Shown here in pieces: positions 48,519-61,946 of a stretch of 64,000 nt of DNA. The notes below the pieces were generated by a model. The model was not told the origin of the DNA and did not search any database. It was given only the letters and a program-made list of their open reading frames with translations. How positions within the stretch are numbered: the first letter of the stretch is position 1; each line of letters opens with the position of its first letter. The stretch spans positions 131,936,001 to 132,000,000 of the forward strand of contig OZ024745.1 in the NCBI GenBank assembly GCA_964016885.1, in the 5' to 3' direction. The DNA comes from Eledone cirrhosa (Eukaryota). A program made the position numbers and the translations under genes.

Positions 48519-49500
48519 TTATCATTGGTACCATTACCATCAGGTACCATACTATATTCTATCATTGGTACCACTACCATCAGGTACCATACTATATTCT
48601 ATCATTGGTACCATTACCATCAGGTACCATACTATATTCTATGATTGGTACCATTACCATCAGGTACCATACTATATTCTATCATTGGTACCACTACCAT
48701 CAGGTACCATACTATATTCTATCCTTGGTACCATTACCATCAGGTACCATACTATATTCTATCATTGGTACCATTACCATCAGGTACCATACTATATTCT
48801 ATCATTGGTACCATTACCATCAGGTACCATACTATATTCTATCATTGGTACCACTACCATCAGGTACCATACTATATTCTATCATTGGTACCATTACCAT
48901 CAGGTACCATACTATATTCTATCATTGGTACCACTACCATCAGGTACCATACTATATTCTATCCTTGGTACCATTACCATCAGGTGCCATACTATATTCT
49001 ATCATTGGTACCATTACCATCAGGTACCATACTATATTCTATCATTGGTACCATTACCATCAGGTACCATACTATATTCTATCATTGGTACCATTACCAT
49101 CAGGTACCATACTATATTCTATCATTGGTGCTATTACCATCAGGTACCATACTATATTCTATCATTGGTACCATTACCATCAGGTACCATACTATATTCT
49201 ATCATTGGTACTATTACCATCAGGTACCATACTATATTCTATGATTGGTACCATTACCATCAGGTACCATACTATATTCTATCATTGGTACTATTACCAT
49301 CAGGTACCATACTATATTCTATGATTGGTACCATTACCATCAGGTACCATACTATATTCTATCATTGGTACTATTACCATCAGGTACCATACTATATTCT
49401 ATCATTGGTACCATACTATATTCTATCATTGGTACCATTACCATCAGGTACCATACTATATTCTATCATTGGTACCATTACCATCAGGTACCATACTATA
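48519..49500. repeat. 40-bp minisatellite (ATCATTGGTACCATTACCATCAGGTACCATACTATATTCT), ~24 copies
   Basis: Directly visible; one shortened unit near 49405. Confidence 0.97.
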
Positions 49501-49839
49501 CTTCATTAATGACATCCTGCCATTGCTGTGATAGAGTCAAAGTGACTAGATTGTGTGTGTGTAAATGTGGCCATCTTGTGTGTGTGTGTGAATGTGGCTA
49601 TCTTGTGTATGTATGTGTGAATATGGCTATCTTGTATGTGTGTGTGTCTAGTTGGATTATTGTGTGATGCTCCACAGTACAATACAGATGATTCTGAGAA
49701 AGGAATACGGAGGACTGACCCCAGAAGTTGGTGCTTTATTGACTCTAAAAACATTTGTAACTATAAGAATACCTCTCACCATATTGCAGTTTTGGTGGTC
49801 TTAGTGGCACCAGTTGCCAATCTGGTACCGTCTGAAAGC

Positions 49840-49961
49840 AGCAAGATGGGTAACATCCATGGTCTTGCTTGGGGATCAGTTGGAGATAGTGGCTTTTGAC
49901 AGAACCCACTGGAGGGAGTGTTTCAGGACTCTACCCCCATGAGGAGGAAGAAGAAGAAGAG
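49840..49961 (+). mobile_element. RTE LINE 3' fragment
   Basis: Homologous to 6215-6365; GAA tail. Confidence 0.7.
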
Positions 49962-51445
49962 TGCAATTTGAGTGAGATTTCTAGCAAATTGAATTTATTG
50001 AATTATGAATGCCAAATTGTATAGGAGAAGTGTAAAACTGTTCGTACACCCAATGCTGTAACCAGAAATGAAAAGCAATGTCAATATTAACAGGATTTGA
50101 ACTCAGGATATAAAGAAATAAGACTGCATAACATCTATTCATTTATTCAACTGATTTTATTGACTCATACTCACTGAAGTATACAATAAAAACAAAACAA
50201 AATTAACATGTCTGTACTTGAAACATATTTCAAAATATACAGACATATATTATTATAACCGGAATATTATTCAGTGATATAAAACAATAATTTACAAAGG
50301 TATCTATAATGGTAAAGAATGTAGGGATGAAAATAGGATTAATCAATATTTGAATCATTACCTTTTTACATCAGACTCAAGAGAAACATCAATAAGTTGT
50401 GTTCTATTGTTTGTTTGGTCTATTGATTTGGATTAATGAATGATTAAGTAGAAAAAAGTGTATGGCTATAGATGTATGTGACACTTTTTCTTTCATATAT
50501 AAATGTGTGTGTATATTTGCCTGATTTTCTCTGTATAGGTATGTATATATGTGTAAGTATGTTCTATACATATAAAATATACTTAAATCTATCAACCTCA
50601 TTAAAATATAATCTTAGCTATATGTCGTGTTAAATAATATATATTACCATTGACTTTTGATATTGATACTAAGTAGTATTATTCTCAGAATCTATTTCTA
50701 ACAAACAGAATAGTCTGCGCACTATTTACCCAGTCCATAGTTCCATTGTTATGCTAATGTCTTTTGCATGCTTGTGCATTATTAGAATTATTTAAGGTAG
50801 CTACCAGTTTGACGGTATCGGACAATGTTTGTTGTTCACTGCTTAGTTAATGCTAGTGAATCAGAATACTCAGTTATGAACGTATATCTAAACATTTTAA
50901 CTACTTACTGAAGATGTAAGCCTACTTACTGATATGGATTTATATAATTGCCATAAATATAACAATTGATGTCAAGGGTGTAAAAAAAAACCAAGTATCA
51001 TTGTCTTGATAACACAAATCAAGCTGTTCTTTGGTTAATTCTATTCAAAGCAACAGTTAATACACTGAAGATTCTCAAGATGTGTCTACTAAAGAATTAT
51101 TTCTCTTGAAATGTGAAATTGAAGCTATGAAGACGTACATAATATCTTGTTTCCAAAAAAACACCTGATGAAGCTGCACGTGAGGAAATGATAGAAAACG
51201 TCACTGCTGAAAAAGCAAAATTTGAAGCAGAAGAAGAAGAAGACGAAGACGAAGACGAAGACGAAGAAGAAGAAGAAGAACTAATACTTCAGCTCAGTCT
51301 TGTGATTTTAAACAATTTAGCAATGATCCACAACAAGAAATAATTAGGTTTGCTACTGTCTCTCTCTCTGTATTTCTAAACTTTCATACTAACAACTCTT
51401 TGCAAGCAGCAAAAGGAGAACGTATTTTAATTTTCTAAATTTCCA

Positions 51446-51742
51446 ATAATTGTTTCTACTTTTGGCACAAGGCCAGCAATTACCCAGTGCATTACTGGTA
51501 CTTTATTTTATCGACCCCCGTAAGGATGAAAGGCAAAGTTTCCAATAATAATAATTGTTTCTACTGTTGGCAAAAGACCAACAATTATCTCAGTACATTA
51601 CTGGTACTTTATTTTATCGACACCGTAAGGATGAAAGGCAAAGTTAACCTCGGCGGGATTTGAACTCAGAATGGCAAGGGCCGTAACTCTATGCATCAAA
51701 GCATGGCGTCCGACCCTCTACCGATACTGCCAATCCACCGCC
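51446..51742 (-). mobile_element. Nin/Deu-like SINE with tandem extra 3' portion
   Basis: Homologous to 27653-27870; two TGTTTCTACT...AAGGCAAAGTT blocks. Confidence 0.75.
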
Positions 51743-51769
51743 AGTGGATAATAATAATAATAATAATAA

Positions 51770-52227
<458 letters not shown>

Positions 52228-52706
52228 TATATATATATATATATATATGTAATACTTTAAAACTTACACAAACACATACAGAGATATTACCTATCTCTTT
52301 TATATTGCTACTTAAAGAATTTTGCTTTCCATTTAGAAGGTCCTGGGTTCTAACCCTACATTTGTTCCCGTAAATAGTTGTTTTGTCGAAGTTACCCATA
52401 CATTTAATGCTCAATGTCATTTATACTTATATGCTGAACATTTATGCACTTATATCCTTGAAATAAATTATTAAAATATTCTTGTTCACTTCCACATATC
52501 AATAATCAACACAAACTATAAGGTTCCTTTTATGCTCATCATTAACTTATCAAAATGCCAATTTTCCAATTTGTATGACTGATTATATATCCAGTAATCT
52601 TTGTATGTATATATATAGCATACATATAGCATACCAATCCTGGATTCCAAAAAGTAAATATGACATGACAAAAAAAACGCATAGTCCCCCCACCCTCACT
52701 GTAGAT

Positions 52707-53380
52707 CTATGTTTCCCAACGTGGGCGCTAGCGACCCCTTGTGGGCGCTGATGTGTTGAAAGGGGGTGCTGGGAGTTTTTATTTGGGGGAGCGGTGAATA
52801 TACTCAGGTGAGTGGTGGTGGTGGTGGGGGGCAGTGAATATACTCAGGGGGTGGGGGGAATATACTCAGGAGGGGGGAGGGGCAGTGAATATACTCGGGG
52901 GGGGGGGGCTGTGAATATACTCAGGTGGGTGGTGGGCATATTTATACATTTTTTTTTCTTTCAAATTTTCAAAAATTTAAAAAACACTTTTCCACTTTGG
53001 CAACACCAAGCGAATTCTTGGTACCATGTGTAACTGGTGTCGCTAAAGTGAAACCCCCCAAAACAAAAACAAAAACAAAAACAAAAACAAAAACAAAAAC
53101 AAAAACAAAAAACAAAAAAAAAAATGAATGGTGACAGATGACTAAAAGAAAAAAAAAAACAATGAATAAATGTGAAAAGCTGAATGTGTGTGTTTGTGTG
53201 GAAAACAATGGTGGTCAGCATTTTGGATGAAACTGACTTTTGGGAGTGGCTGATATGTTTGTGTATGTTTGTATGTATATGATTGTGTGTATGTTTGTAT
53301 GTATATGATTGCGTGTATGTGAGTGTTGAATTCCTTTCTGCGATTGAATTTAAATTGACCCCTAGTGATTAAAGGCCCAA

Positions 53381-53423
<43 letters not shown>

Positions 53424-53724
53424 TGTTAGGTTTTGTAGCCATTTCAACTGCAGTCATACACCAGATAACATGGTAAGTCTTATGATCCTAAATTTAAATT
53501 TTGAATTTGTTTTAATTATAAAATTACTCCTCAGCTAAAAACACTTTTTTTGGCTTTGGAAAATGAAGACAATATTAAAATTACTTTTGCTCTAATACCT
53601 AAGTGTCATCCTTCTATGTAAGATGAATTCAGTATCTTATTTGAAATTTAATTTGACAGAAGCGTTGACAAAAATGTTTGTGCCCAAAGAGGGCGCTAGC
53701 TGAAAAAAAGGTTGGGAAATCCTG
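52707..53724. mobile_element. Non-autonomous hAT (Charlie-like) DNA transposon
   Basis: TIRs CTATGTTTCCCAAC / GTTGGGAAATCCTG; subterminal GGGCGCT motifs at both ends; 8-bp flanks CTGTAGAT / CTGCTGAT (degenerate TSD). Confidence 0.65.
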
Positions 53725-54149
53725 CTGCTGATGAACATGCTGACACCATGATGAAAAAAAGCTAATGCTTACTGTCAGATGATGGTTTTCGTGCCACAAT
53801 AAAAAAGCTCCCAGTCCACACTAATGTGGTTGATGTTAGGAAGGGCATCCAGCCATAGAAACCAAACCCTACACAGTTTTGTATGAGCAAGACATGGTCT
53901 TTTACCCTGACTTGTCTCATAACATGACAACCTATTTAACCCATGCAAGCATGGGAAAATAGACATTAAACAGAGCAGAGAATGTCCAGTGCTTTTACCA
54001 TTGTAATTGCTGGCATTGGTCCACCAGTAATTATAATAAATCTAATCAATGTCAACAAAAATGTTTCCAAAGGAATTCATCAAATTTAAACAATAATTGT
54101 GATGCGGTGGAAACCGATTGTTGGAAGATGCCCTGCTTTCAAGTTGAAG

Positions 54150-55260
54150 TGATGTAATTGTTGTGAAACTGGACATTACTTGAAGGTTTATTGATCTCAG
54201 GCTGTTCATAATTTAACTACAGAACAACCTGGAAGACATGGATTCAGAAACTGATGGCAATGTGATTCTTTTCTCTGGAAATCAATCAAAGAATGGTGTT
54301 AAAATAAATTGTCATCTGGAGATATAGAAATAGATATTAGTACCACTTATATTTTACCTGCAAATATTGCTGTCTTCTTAGGATCACCATTTAAACTTTT
54401 ATTACAGTGCCTAAATTCATTTCATGGTTTAGAATTGCAGGTTATTGGTGAAGTAGATTGTATTATCAGTTATAATGATAATTCTCACTCTCATCAGTTT
54501 GGAGTTACTAAAGGTATATATAACTTTGGATTGATTGGATGCAATCTGCTTGCTATTACTATGTCTTCATCATCATCATCATCATCATCATTGTCAGTTT
54601 AACATATGCTTCCCTGCTAACAAGGGTTTATGTCTTCTTTTTTTAAATCTATATGCAATTTTAAAGCCAACTGGTAATTTCAAAGTATCATTTGCTTTAA
54701 TTCCTTCAACTGAATGCAACATTTGTTCTGTGATGCCAGGCCTGTTCAGTGGGAAAATTGTATTTAATAATGATTTAATGAGATTACAACAAATGGGAAT
54801 AATTATGCCATGTTCACATGAAGGTGTTATCAATGCACCATATATAGTTTGGACATGAAAAAAGAATGGAAGCTTGCATAGATTATAAAATACACCTAAA
54901 TAATCATTTACAAACATTTAACTATCTAACTCTAAATGTAGAAACCTTGCTTATCAAATTGAAAGGCATGTTTTTTTTCTCTAAAATTTATTTTTTGTCT
55001 GTTATTAGCAAATGCAATTTGATGAACAAAGTAAAGATATGTACAAGTACAGCCTTGGTCACCTCAATATAAACAGATTGAAAATGACCCTAAAGAATTC
55101 TAGTGTAATTTTTCAACACTGCATGGAAATAATTTTAAAGGGGATCACTGGGAAGTTGGTTTTCTAAGATGATGTATTGGTATATGTTGGTACTATTACA
55201 GAGAAGTTGAGCAATGTCCAAGGCATGCAAATATCTCCATAAATGTAAATAAAATATTAG
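54150..55260 (+). mobile_element. Ty3/Gypsy pol remnant (protease + RT), decayed
   Basis: GLELQVIGEV..FGLIGCNLL resembles a retropepsin end. LMRLQQMGII..APYIVWT*KKNG, CIDYKIHLN..NVETLLIKLKG.FFSKI and IFQHCMEIILKGI..F*DDVLV are RT motifs. Confidence 0.75.
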
Positions 55261-55319
55261 CCATGTCTCAGAAGTAGAATTTCTAGCAGTCTGAACAAAA
55301 TAAAATCTTCAGGAATAAG

Positions 55320-55760
55320 CTTCTTCTTCTTCTTCTTCTTCTTCTTCTTCTTCTTCTTCTTCTTCTTCTTCTTCTTCTTCTTCTTCTTCTTCTTCTTCTT
55401 CTTCTTCTTCTTCTTCTTCTTCTTCTTCTTCTTCTTCTTCTTCTTCTTCTTCTTCTTCTTCTTCCTGAGAGGATCATCGTGGCAGAGTCCTCAAACTCTC
55501 CTTCCAGTGGGTCCTGTTAGAAGCAACTGTCTTCAGCTGATACGGCTGGATCCCCAAGCAAAACCAGCCAAGCTCATTTCCTGAGACATTCTAACCACAT
55601 GCCCATAGTCTCAGAGCTGTGATCTCTCAATTCAAAGAAGTAGCAGCTCCACCTGGAGTGACTCTTTGATCTCTGAGCTACACACTCTATCGAGTAAAGT
55701 TACTCCAAAGACACTTCAGCGGAACACCATTTCGTCCGCTTGTGTTTGCGATCATGTTCT
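55320..55760 (-). mobile_element. RTE LINE 3' fragment with expanded (GAA)n tail (~48 units)
   Basis: Reverse complement of the 23850-24230 family; (TTC)n at 55320-55464. Confidence 0.8.
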
Positions 55761-56950
55761 TTTGAAACTAATATCTAAACTTGTACTTCAGTTGTTTGAT
55801 AAAGATGAGTTTGTCACTCTAACTATTAATTATTCACTGTAATCTGTTGCTTAAAACATCAGGCTACTTATATAAGTTATGCTCCTACTGATTGTGAATA
55901 TAACTAGTCTAATACATTGTATGGTCTCATATATTGTATGATGTAATACATTGTATGTTGTATTCATAGATACAGACACTTTCTTCTTAATGGAAGATTT
56001 AACACTTTTATATTATTCATGAAATAGACTATCAATATGTTTCAATTAATTTTGAAAAGATCAAGTATTTTGAATTTTCTTTTCATAAAATAAGCAGCAT
56101 TTTGGCAAAACACTGATGTTTAGAGTATTACTTCTGTGAGAAAAGGTTCTCAAATAAAATTATGAGAGGTTTTAATATAAATATGAACACTTTAAAAGGG
56201 AGAGTTTTGCATCATGAAACCAGAAGCGGACTTAAACTTGTTCATATGCCTTTTCATTCCAGATTCTGACACACATTTTGCTGCATGTTACACAAATATT
56301 ATTTTCCGAAGATGGAAGAAAGAGATTGAGATCCATAGATTGATTCTGTGTCTTTGTGCAACTTTCTATGATTAATGTAGCCTGCTTTCAAAGTAAGAAC
56401 ATATTCACATGTATCACTCTTCGAGCACTTCAGATTATTAGACATGTTTAAAGTAGTGTTATTATATAAAGCAAGTTTTAGCAAAGCATATTCAGTCTTT
56501 TCTCTAACATGTTTCATCCTATCATAACAGAATGTCTCCTATCACTCCAGTTTACTGCCACCTCTTTCAATTCATGCTCATTTATTTTTCTATTTGTTTA
56601 GTTTGTATGAAGAAGGACAGGAGCGGAACCACAATTTGGGAGCCTTGCTCACAGCAGAAACACAGTTTTTGAGCCCAACAATGGATCACACCACTATGAG
56701 AAGGGACAGGCCAATTTGACCATGCCAAACCCTTCTCACAGCGCCTCTTCAATTTTGGAGCCAGGTACTCTCCATGTGACAAACCCTTCTCAATATGAAA
56801 CCACATTTTGGGAGCCTGGGACTGGATGGCACCACTATGAGGTGGGACAGGCCGTGTGTATATTCATATACACACTTTTGGGATATATATAGATATGTAA
56901 ACATGCCAGAAAATACAAATTTCCCTGTACATTGAAAACATGATAAACAT

Positions 56951-56992
56951 CTTTAATTGATTTCGTGACCTAGTTGGGTCTTCTTCAGAAAG
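56951..56992 (-). ncRNA. Minimal hammerhead-like motif (Penelope pLTR type), degenerate
   Basis: Minus strand CTTT-CTGAAGA-A-GACC-CAACTA-GGTC-AC-GAAA-TCAATT-AAAG. Stem I is CTTT/AAAG and stem III is near-palindromic. Confidence 0.55.
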
Positions 56993-57994
56993 TGTGTATA
57001 TTATCTAAATAACCACAAGGTAACACATATTTGATGGGCTTATATACCTATTTGCTCTTAGCAGTATTCTGAAATGGGCATACTATTTTGCATATAATTA
57101 GGTATCTCCCTCTTATAAAGTCCTTAAATGCCCTCTCTATTGCTCCTTTCTAGCTAGCTTTTCTACTCTATCCAATCCTCACACCCATGTTTCCTCTATT
57201 GCCACTTTTTAGTTGTTCCAGCCCCTTTCAAGTCCTTAGATACCCTCTCTATCGTACCCTAGTAGCTATACTCCTCTATGCTATCGTACCCTATAGCTAT
57301 CTCTCTTCCTTGAAACAAATATCAGGTTGTCTTTATTCTTTAGTCTGTTAGTTCAACCATGAATTTATTCTTAATTTCAAGAAATGATTTTTTCCTTTTT
57401 ATTCAGCATTGCTAATGATTATCATTGGATGTTTTTTTTTTGTTTTCCTTTTCTGTCAATTAGGAAAATTGTAATAAACTGAAAATTTATCATTTATGGC
57501 ATTCAGTTATGACTTATATGATCATCATCATCATCACCACTATCACCACCACCACCACCATCACCATCACCATCACCACCACCACTACCATCACCACCAC
57601 CGTCGCCACCACCACCACCATTGTCGCCGCCGCCAACACCACCACATTCCATGTATACACACACACACACATATATATATAAATGTTTGTGTGGAATAAT
57701 TGTTTGTGCTCAAATATGGTAGTTTGTAACTATATCATAATTTCTCATAAACTTTCCCTCATGTGGAGATGGAATGATGTTCAGGTAAGTCTCAAACTAA
57801 TAATTAATGTCATTGTTGTTGTTATTATTACTATTAATAATTGTCTATATTTATAAGCATCTGTTTATTGCCTTCAAAGATTTGGCATACATATCTTCCA
57901 CCTTTTCCTCTCTAATAATCCCCCCTCTCTCTCTCATCACATCTCTCCATGAGGTCTACCAGTAAAGCAGTATCTGTTGTCTATTAAACATCAC

Positions 57995-58612
57995 TTGGTA
58001 ACCACATCGGATCAGTTCTGTATTGGAGCTGAATTTTGGGCTTTAAGATGAGATAAGTGTTAAACTAATAATTACTAGTATTGTAACTCAGCAATGAAAA
58101 TAGTATCTGGCACACTGAAATCTACATTTACTCAGTGGCTGTGTACCCTTTCTCATGTAGCTCCTTCTCACATGTGGCATCAGGAGATGATCCACAAGGC
58201 AGCACTTCTTTCCATCTATAAAGACCTAGAAATCGTTCCCAACATGTGCTTCAAATCAAGCAAACCATTTTGGGAATCAATGAAGCCCTTTCATGACATA
58301 AAATTTGATCTGAAGAAAAAGATACAAAGATCATGGAATGAGTCCAAATTTGCCAAACAAGTTCTAGTCCAGGACCCCACACCTAAACCAGCCAGCTTTG
58401 ATCTTCTCAGAAAGCAATGGGTGTCCCTTAATCGGTCCCTGACAAGACAGTGCTGCATGTTGTTTGGGATTGTCTCCTCAGACATTTTACTGGAAATCTG
58501 GAGGTAGTCCTACAAATGATGCTTTAGATTGGCTCATCAATCTCCCTCCCTCCCCCTCCCCTCTCCCCCTCTATCTAACCATTGTGCATATGTCATACGA
58601 CAAGAAGAAGAT
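57995..58612 (+). mobile_element. Ingi/Vingi-like LINE 3' fragment
   Basis: MKIVSGTLKSTFTQWL..LSHVAP..; LVQDPTPKPASFDLLRKQWVSLNR; ends CATACGACAAGAAGAAG. Confidence 0.7.
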
Positions 58613-58970
58613 TGGTATTCTTTTTGTTGTTGTTTATATAATATTTTTTTAAAATCAATATCAATAATAATAATAATTTTTTCTACTTTAAGTTCAAGTG
58701 AAGGGAAGGGAAAAGTTGATTAAATCAACCTCAGGGCATAACTGACCCTGTAAGGATGAAAGGCAAAGCTAAGCTCAGTAGGATTAGCTTTGCCTTTCAT
58801 CAATAATAATAATAGTACAGTTATCTAGAGTTGAGGGCATTTATCAAAGGTGCTACATAATGGTATAGAATCTCAGACCATTTACTTGTAAAGCAAAATT
58901 CTTAATCACATTGTCACACCAGCACATTTAATGTGGCTGTATATGTATAAACATATATACATATATATAT

Positions 58971-59258
58971 GGAGGCATGTGACCTAGTGGTAAGGGTGTT
59001 GGACTTACGATCATAATGTTGTGGGTTTGATTCCTGGGTTGCGTGTTGTGTTCTTGAGCAAAACACTTTATTTCACATTGCTCCAGTATACTCAGCTGAA
59101 AATGAGTACCAGCAATAGCTGGGGTTTAACCCTTCGATGGACTGGCGTCCTGTCCAGGGGGGAGTCTTGTATTCTCAGTCACTTCACGCCATGAACCGGG
59201 ATAAGCACCAGCCAATTGAGTATTCTGGCTTAAGACAGACTTTAGACTTTAGACTTAG
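58971..59258 (+). mobile_element. Full-length tRNA-derived SINE (MetaSINE/V-domain-like)
   Basis: A-box-like TGACCTAGTGG and B-box-like GGTTTGATTCC. Contains GTGTTCTTGAGCAAAACACTTTA and CGATGGACTGGCGTCCTGTCCAGGGG; (AGACTTT)n tail; TA-repeat flanks. Confidence 0.8.
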
Positions 59259-60973
59259 ATATATATATATTGGCTATCAAGTATAACTACATTCTGTACT
59301 CCCTGTTATGGTCTCTCTCAATGATGAAAATATACATCAGTTTGGTGTGACTAAAACACTACTTTCCTGACTCCCACAATAGATGTAGTCACATGGATAC
59401 CTGAAGAATTACAACTGATCCCATTTATCCTAAACTTGCCATAAGCCTTCAGGAATGAAGGGACTATAGAGATAACAGTATTTTATTGCCTTAGATGTGT
59501 GTAGTGCTCTGAATACTGTAATGAAAGGCCCAGTGCCTGTTTGTGGTTCCAAGAATCCCATGTCTTGAGTTGCACTGGAAAAAGCAGCCCAAAATGTGCT
59601 AGCATATCAGTTATAGCAGTTCACAAAATTACAAGAGCATTTAGTATCAACATTGTTTGGTATACATTTTGCATTAATGGAATTGTCAGAACTGGTTTTA
59701 TTTTGGCAATAAGAATAACAGATCTTCTATTAAAGATTTTACTATATCTATGGTCAATCTCTCCTGAGCACTCAATGGAATGTGAGACCATGCATAAGTG
59801 ACACAGATCCCTGGCTTGCTTGGGAGATCAGTAGCTTCCCTTCAGTATGGACTCGGTCTATATAGACCCATCCAGGGAAAGCAGATGTTAAAATGACAAC
59901 GATGATGATGATGATGGTCCATAGCAAAATTAAATGAGACAAAGTTAAAGAATTCCTTAGCTATACTTGTACAAAATTCCAAGCTAAAAAGATTGGATTA
60001 TATCACAAAATTTTCTTAGCACCATTTGTAGACGTGAAAGCTAAATAGCTATCATCTCTGAAAATCCAAATTGTTATAGAACTGCGAAACATTTATAAAA
60101 GCAATAACATCTGAAAATAAAGCTGATACACATCTATTGGAAAAAAACAACAGAGAACAGTTTGTGGGTGATTAGAACCCTTATTAATATAAATAGCTTC
60201 TTCACTAAGATTATAGTAAAGGAAAAAAATTATTAGGGTTTGGGTCTAATGTTATTTATAAAATGAACTTTTGCAAGGTTTTTCTTAGCAGTAATTTTTC
60301 GATTTAATTCACAAAAAAATGAAATACCTTTTTTTAAATATATCATTGTCACGCCCCTTCATAGTTCACAAAAGAAATAATCTGTCATCTTAAAAAATCT
60401 CCACATTCAATATGGAGCCATGTATATAACAAGTCTAAAATATATAAAACAATAATCTCACACATCTCTACTCCATTAAAGGCATCCATAGCTGCATCAA
60501 ACAAATTCGTTCCATTCTTTTTTTTACCTAGGCATAACAAGGATGGTTGAAATATATGTGGTATGCGTTAATATGTGTGAGATGCTATTGGCAAAGGCTA
60601 AAGCTTGTAATATTTATTTTGCAATACAGGGATAAAAATCTACAATATCAAACTGAATAAAACTACAGTTTTTTGCCATACATGTCATGAAACTATTTTA
60701 TAACCAATGAGCTGTTATTCCATGTAGGTGAATTATTTTGTACATCTAAGAATAATAGGATCAAACATGTTCTCACTAAATGTACAAAAATCTGTTTTGG
60801 CAGTATTGATTAACAAACATTTAGGAGCATTCAGCAAATTAATTTTAAATGAGTTATTGCTCACACAGGTACTCATTAGTCAACCCAAGCAGGCGATCCC
60901 CAGCTTGTCTTTCCAGTTATATTTCTTTATTGGGAGAGAATTGCAATAACATTACATATAATATGTATGTATG

Positions 60974-61629
60974 TTTCTCTTTCTCTTAATTTCAAGTACA
61001 TTTTTGACCGGCCACCTTCGTGGTGGCAAGGTTGTAAAAGAAAAGAAATTGTCAACCATCTAATCGCAAGAATGTTTTGCAAACTTTGAAGGTGCCAGCT
61101 GTCGTAGCCATTTGTAGTCTGTTGAATTACGGAGCTGCATTCTTTTCCACAAATCCAAGTTTAGTCTTACATTGGTCCAAATGGGTTGGAATATAACCTG
61201 TAGCTCCAATAATGATGGGTATGAAGCTGAAGGTGTATCTTGGATACTGGATCTGCAAACTCCTCATCAATGGGCCGTAGATGTCCTCCTTCTCTTGTAT
61301 TTTTCTTACAATATTGACATCAAGTGGGCAGCTGATTTCTACAACAGAGCACGTTTTCAATGTGTGGTCCCAGGTGTGCTTTAATTTGGTGGCAGTTTTT
61401 ATTTTCAGGTTCCACCAATATTCCTTAGTGCCATCTATCTCAACATATTCCTCCTCATTTTTTTCAAATTTTGTTTTCCTTAGTGTGTTCCAGGTGGTTC
61501 TAGCTATCACATCATGTCTCATAGGGAGGTAGTAATGAGACAACATTCTTTTGCAGTTGGCGACAATGAGGCTACCATCTTCGATCTTTGTTTTACTTTT
61601 ATTATCGACTGATAGCCCTCCTCTTTTTT
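60974..61629 (-). mobile_element. Second, 5'-truncated copy of the R4/Dong-like element
   Basis: The ORF at 61127-61546 closely matches 9939-10613 and has the same 3'UTR. Confidence 0.9.
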
Positions 61630-61692
61630 ATGTATGTATGATGCAAAAAGCAAACATAAATAACAAAGCAAACAACACAGTACAATGAAGAA

Positions 61693-61732
<40 letters not shown>

Positions 61733-61741
61733 ATAAAAGGT

Positions 61742-61946
61742 AAACAGAAATAACACAATCGGTACAGTATATGGAAGGAATATATTAGGTTAATGCTTGA
61801 AATAGCAGGAAGGGGGTCTTAACCTTTCGGACGCTAATCCTTCATCAGAAGAAAGAATGAGAAATAAGATAGATTGAAGGGACTGGTGGGTTGGAATTGG
61901 AAAAAATGTCTTTAGATACAAATAACAGATCCATTCATGTTGACAT
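61742..61946 (-). mobile_element. Penelope pLTR-like element copy 2 with minimal hammerhead (61817-61852)
   Basis: Minus strand TCTT-CTGATGA-A-GGA-TTAGCG-TCC-GAAAGGTT-AAGA; homologous to 32322-32531. Confidence 0.65.

Noticed and set aside
48460-49667. 349-aa and overlapping repetitive ORFs; superficially CRISPR-like array
   Set aside because: Pure 40-bp head-to-tail repeat with no unique spacers, open in all three frames; no cas genes; eukaryotic context.
55283-55477. Poly-Arg ORF, plus poly-His (57496) and poly-Met/Ile (62670) ORFs
   Set aside because: Trinucleotide repeats (RTE tail or CAC/GAT microsatellites), not genes.
56582-56806. Minus-strand CCEQGS resembling the MOGS motif CEQGD
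   Set aside because: It lies upstream of exon 1, surrounding residues do not match, and the segment is internally duplicated like a repeat.
58971-59045. tRNA-like sequence
   Set aside because: This is the head of a SINE continuing into a body and tail; no complete cloverleaf.
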